Positions 60,824 to 64,000 of a stretch of DNA of 64,000 nucleotides are shown here, piece after piece; position 1 is the first letter of the stretch; each line of letters begins with the position of its first letter. A model generated the notes under the pieces. That model was not told the origin of the DNA. It was given only the letters and a program-made list of their open reading frames with translations, and ran no database searches. The translations under genes and the position numbers were made by a program. Origin of the DNA: Candidatus Latescibacterota bacterium (lineage in GTDB: Bacteria; Latescibacterota; UBA2968); the NCBI GenBank assembly GCA_965116885.1, contig OZ220741.1, positions 3,232,001 to 3,296,000 of the forward strand, given 5' to 3'.

Positions 60824-60916
60824 GGGATTCACCTCCTTAGAGAATTTTCCGGAATTCAGAATAGGAAATTTAACCATTTACAGGTATTTGCACAACCCAT
60901 TTTTCATTGAAAAACG

Positions 60917-60967
60917 CGAATCGACGAATCAACGAATAGACGAACCCCGCTCTACCACCCAAAGTCA
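60917..60967. repeat. Second copy of the CGAATCAA-octamer element
   Basis: cgaatcga cgaatcaa cgaataga cgaaccccgctctaccacccaaagtca. Confidence 0.75.
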
Positions 60968-61075
60968 TGGATGAACTGTTATCGCAGTTGTTACCATGCA
61001 TTTTCTTGTTTTTTTCTTTTTCTACAGTATTTTACTGCCCAGGACTTTCAATCAAATCCAAGAGGAGGAACCACA

Positions 61076-62026
61076 ATGGCACCAACTATTTATGTCGGCA
61101 CAATCGGTCAGGGCGTCTGGCGAAGTGAAGATGGTGGCGACTCCTGGCGACGCACGAGCAGCGGTATGTTCTCGGAATCGGATATTCGCGCCATTGCCGT
61201 GCATCCGGGTGATGCGTCAATTCTGTTTGCGGGAACAGAGAACGGTATTTATCGCTCGCAAAATGGAGGGGATAACTGGGAAAAATTGGATTCGCCAATG
61301 AACGGTATGCAAATCTGGTCCATTGCAATTCATCCCAGAAGTCCAGATACGGTTTATGCTGGCACATGTCCTTCTGCGCTGTTTCGGTCGGACGATGGCG
61401 GTGAAACGTGGAAGCAACTTTCCGTGGAGCTCGTCGAGGATTGCGGTGCTATTATTCCGCGCGTCACGACTATTATCACAGATCCGACAGATGATCAGAC
61501 CGTCTATGCGGGTATTGAAATCGATGGCATGCGGATTAGCAGAGACAGCGGTGAGACATGGACATCTGGTAATGAGGGTCTTTCGAGTCTCGATATTCAC
61601 GGCCTCGCGCTTGTGCCCGGAAGTCCAAAAACACTTGTGGCTGGTACCAATAATGATGTGTGTATTACAACCGATATGATGAATTGGACACGGCTCAATG
61701 TGAAAGCAGAGTTTCCCTGGCCCTATTGCAGGGGGGTGCTCTATATGTCAAGTGGTCGGGTGTATGTCGGCGCGGGAAATGGTCCGCCAGGCGATGAAGG
61801 GGGGCTGTTCTACACTTCTGATTTGGGACATTCATGGGCGCGCGCCGATCTGAACGGCAATACAAACAGTACGGTCTGGGCGATTGTTCACAATCCCGCT
61901 GTGCCGAATTTGATAATAGCGTATAGCATTGCCGGACAAATTTTTAGCAGCACCGATAATGGCGATTCCTGGACCAAACTCACCCGCGAGTTCGGCGAAG
62001 TTCGCGCGGTGGCTATTGCGCAGTGA
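61076..62026 (+). CDS. BNR/Asp-box repeat beta-propeller protein
   Basis: Multiple SxDGGxxW repeats; GAGGAGG RBS. Confidence 0.85.
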   Translation: MAPTIYVGTIGQGVWRSEDGGDSWRRTSSGMFSESDIRAIAVHPGDASILFAGTENGIYRSQNGGDNWEKLDSPMNGMQIWSIAIHPRSPDTVYAGTCPSALFRSDDGGETWKQLSVELVEDCGAIIPRVTTIITDPTDDQTVYAGIEIDGMRISRDSGETWTSGNEGLSSLDIHGLALVPGSPKTLVAGTNNDVCITTDMMNWTRLNVKAEFPWPYCRGVLYMSSGRVYVGAGNGPPGDEGGLFYTSDLGHSWARADLNGNTNSTVWAIVHNPAVPNLIIAYSIAGQIFSSTDNGDSWTKLTREFGEVRAVAIAQ

Positions 62027-62034
62027 GATAATTC

Positions 62035-63687
62035 CTAAACGAGTTTCTCTTCGGCGGATGACCATGTTCCACATCTGATTTCCAGCATGTGATTCACTGG
62101 CGTCGTAAATGTCATCAATACGCGGAAGGCAGTGGGGGCGGACTCGCTGCCCCGCAACGCCCAGAAGCGATGGGCATACGCGCCCGGTCCGATGGAAATG
62201 GCGTCGTTGCCTATGTGGTAGGTCGCATATCCGGATTTGAGGAATGCGACCTCTGCGGCCTGGCTGCGCACGATGCCACTGTCAAAATCCAGTTCGCCAC
62301 CGGGTACAAAATCGCACGCGATTTGAAATGGCACGCGGTCATAGCCCTCTGATTTTACGTGCAGATTAAATCCGCTATCCACTTCTTCAATTTCCAATAT
62401 TGTCGTTAGCGGTGGCAGGGCGTACACATCTCTTTCTTTTCGCAAGTTGTAAAATTCCTCAAAAGCGACCTCGCGTCCCAATGGCAGATCATAACCGGGT
62501 CTGCCGCCATCTGAACTTCGGCTTATGTGTGTCATTCTGATTTTGCCATCCACTTCCTCAAAGGTCTCACCTGAAAATTGTGCAATAGCAAAATAGCTCG
62601 CGCACAGGTTCACCGAGGCCAATTCCACGTCTCCGTGTTTTACGCTAAATGGCGATGTTATACCTGCACCTGCTGTGGCACTCGTTTTTTCGCGCCGCAC
62701 GCGCCACAGTCGCGCTGTGGGATAAACCTTCGCGTACGATTCGGGCAAAGGCTCGCGCTTCAGGTTGTCGTCTCGCCATTCGGGGTGGGTTAAAAATGGT
62801 TCCAGCGTCCACGGCAAACCGCCCGGGGATATGGCGTATAACCAGTCTGCGACTGCCGCGTAGAATCCATTTTCTTCGCGCCGCGCCATGTTGTAATAGC
62901 TATCGACCATGTTGACCAGAACAACGCGGGTGCCGTGGTCCTGTCTGCGGGAAAAACTCGTTACAACGGTTCCGTCTGCATGTAACATGTGATAGGACAA
63001 ATCCAGGTTTCGGCGTATGGGTTTTAGCAGTTGGGGGCGATTGAGTGCGTCGGCAGCCAGTCTGAGCGCGCGATTGCAGATGGCGTTATACGTGCCTGCA
63101 CTGCGCTCGATGTATTCGCCATCTGCGTTTATATCTATTGTTTCGGCGAGGTAGCTTTCAATGGTGTCCATTCCGTCCAGGTCGGGGAATAATTCCAGTG
63201 CCTGAGAAAGGGCGGCGACCAATACCCAGCGGTGATTCGGTGTGTGGAATCCGCCTGCGACCATGCCCGGCACAGCCGTTTGAATAATTTCACCGAGTAC
63301 CTCAGCTATCTGTTCTGCACCGTCATCTTTTGCTTTGCGAGCCGCGCGGACTACTGGCGCGAGTCCTTCGACCAGGAATCCCGTGTCTGGCGATGAATCA
63401 AAATTGGTTGTTATTAGGTCAAAACACCCACTCTCCCGACGAATTTTTCGAGCAAAGGCCGCGCCAGCGAGAATGCGTGCCAGAATTTCTTCGCTTTGAT
63501 AATACCGACCGCCTTCCAGAAGATAGGCATAGCCCAGCGTAGATATAGCGCTCACATTTGTCGCACCGGCAATTCCATCGCTGACAAACCCGCCGTAATC
63601 TTCTCGTCCTGCATCCATGACCTGACGGGACAACATAGTTTCTATTTGTTCATTCAGATTTTCCAACAGTGTTTCGTATTTTAGCAT
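62035..63687 (-). CDS. Conserved hypothetical protein (possible alpha-toroid plus beta-sandwich, lyase-like)
   Basis: About 550 aa; SPDTGF, GGFHTPNHRW, DGEYIERS and SRRQD motifs. The fold is inferred. Confidence 0.55.
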   Translation of the reverse strand: MLKYETLLENLNEQIETMLSRQVMDAGREDYGGFVSDGIAGATNVSAISTLGYAYLLEGGRYYQSEEILARILAGAAFARKIRRESGCFDLITTNFDSSPDTGFLVEGLAPVVRAARKAKDDGAEQIAEVLGEIIQTAVPGMVAGGFHTPNHRWVLVAALSQALELFPDLDGMDTIESYLAETIDINADGEYIERSAGTYNAICNRALRLAADALNRPQLLKPIRRNLDLSYHMLHADGTVVTSFSRRQDHGTRVVLVNMVDSYYNMARREENGFYAAVADWLYAISPGGLPWTLEPFLTHPEWRDDNLKREPLPESYAKVYPTARLWRVRREKTSATAGAGITSPFSVKHGDVELASVNLCASYFAIAQFSGETFEEVDGKIRMTHISRSSDGGRPGYDLPLGREVAFEEFYNLRKERDVYALPPLTTILEIEEVDSGFNLHVKSEGYDRVPFQIACDFVPGGELDFDSGIVRSQAAEVAFLKSGYATYHIGNDAISIGPGAYAHRFWALRGSESAPTAFRVLMTFTTPVNHMLEIRCGTWSSAEEKLV

Positions 63688-63792
63688 GCGTAACCCCCAT
63701 GAGTGAACGACCTCCAGCAAACCGAAGACCTGCCCAATATATCCCCAATTTGCCCGTATTTCAAGAGAAGTCGTTTCCCACAGGGGCCTGGT

Positions 63793-64000
63793 TCAATGCA
63801 AACTGAAACGGATCGGGATGGCCATGCGTACCGCAATAGCTCTGTCATTTTGCCTGGCTGGCTCGAACAGGAATTGCCTGACCGCCTCCAGAGCCGCAGC
63901 GCGAAAAATTTCGGGTCCTTTTAAGACTCGCGGTTCGGCTACACGCCCTTCTCTGGTAACAATAAACGACACAATCACCTGGCCTTGTAATCCCGCTCTG
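63793..64000 (-). CDS. tonB: Energy transducer TonB, C-terminal part (5' end outside window)
   Basis: G.QGQVIVSFIV..EGRV..P.VLKG...F..AALEAVRQF.FEPA...V.M.IPI.F pattern. Confidence 0.85.
   Translation of the reverse strand, partial: RAGLQGQVIVSFIVTREGRVAEPRVLKGPEIFRAAALEAVRQFLFEPARQNDRAIAVRMAIPIRFSLH

Overview
Bacterial chromosomal segment of moderate GC with about 57 genes and the standard genetic code. A C-terminal GDxDxDGxVDFADF...FG motif and the sulfatase/sugar-acid gene content suggest a Latescibacterota-like heterotroph; this is inference, not a database result. Positions 2.6-22.4 kb are mostly catabolic: two sulfatases, two galactonate-dehydratase-like enolases, a DegT aminotransferase, two amidohydrolases, NagA, a stand-alone IorA and a DASS transporter. 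Positions 22.5-24.9 kb hold a translationally coupled three-gene module (jelly-roll membrane-anchored protein, divergent MotA/TolQ/ExbB, divergent ExbD with no adjacent TonB), which is my best candidate for an undescribed system. It converges on an AT-rich ABC-ATPase + TOPRIM/DUF4276-like pair, a putative defence system. The rest includes sthA, ettA, an S9 peptidase, natAB, an internally deleted ATPase, a redoxin-cytochrome c-copper monooxygenase fusion, parAB, a 3x126-bp coiled-coil repeat gene, ppdK, tRNA-Lys, a cysH-cysM-mec-cysO-rrf2-cysK cluster (sulfur carrier ends GG-CSF), rpsT and a partial tonB. Non-coding signals include four short-repeat/REP-like families, several terminators, an in-frame amber stop in a repeat protein, and a C-rich to G-rich strand-skew switch near 15.8 kb. 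There is no CRISPR array, rRNA or transposase. All calls come from manual motif recognition; no searches were run.
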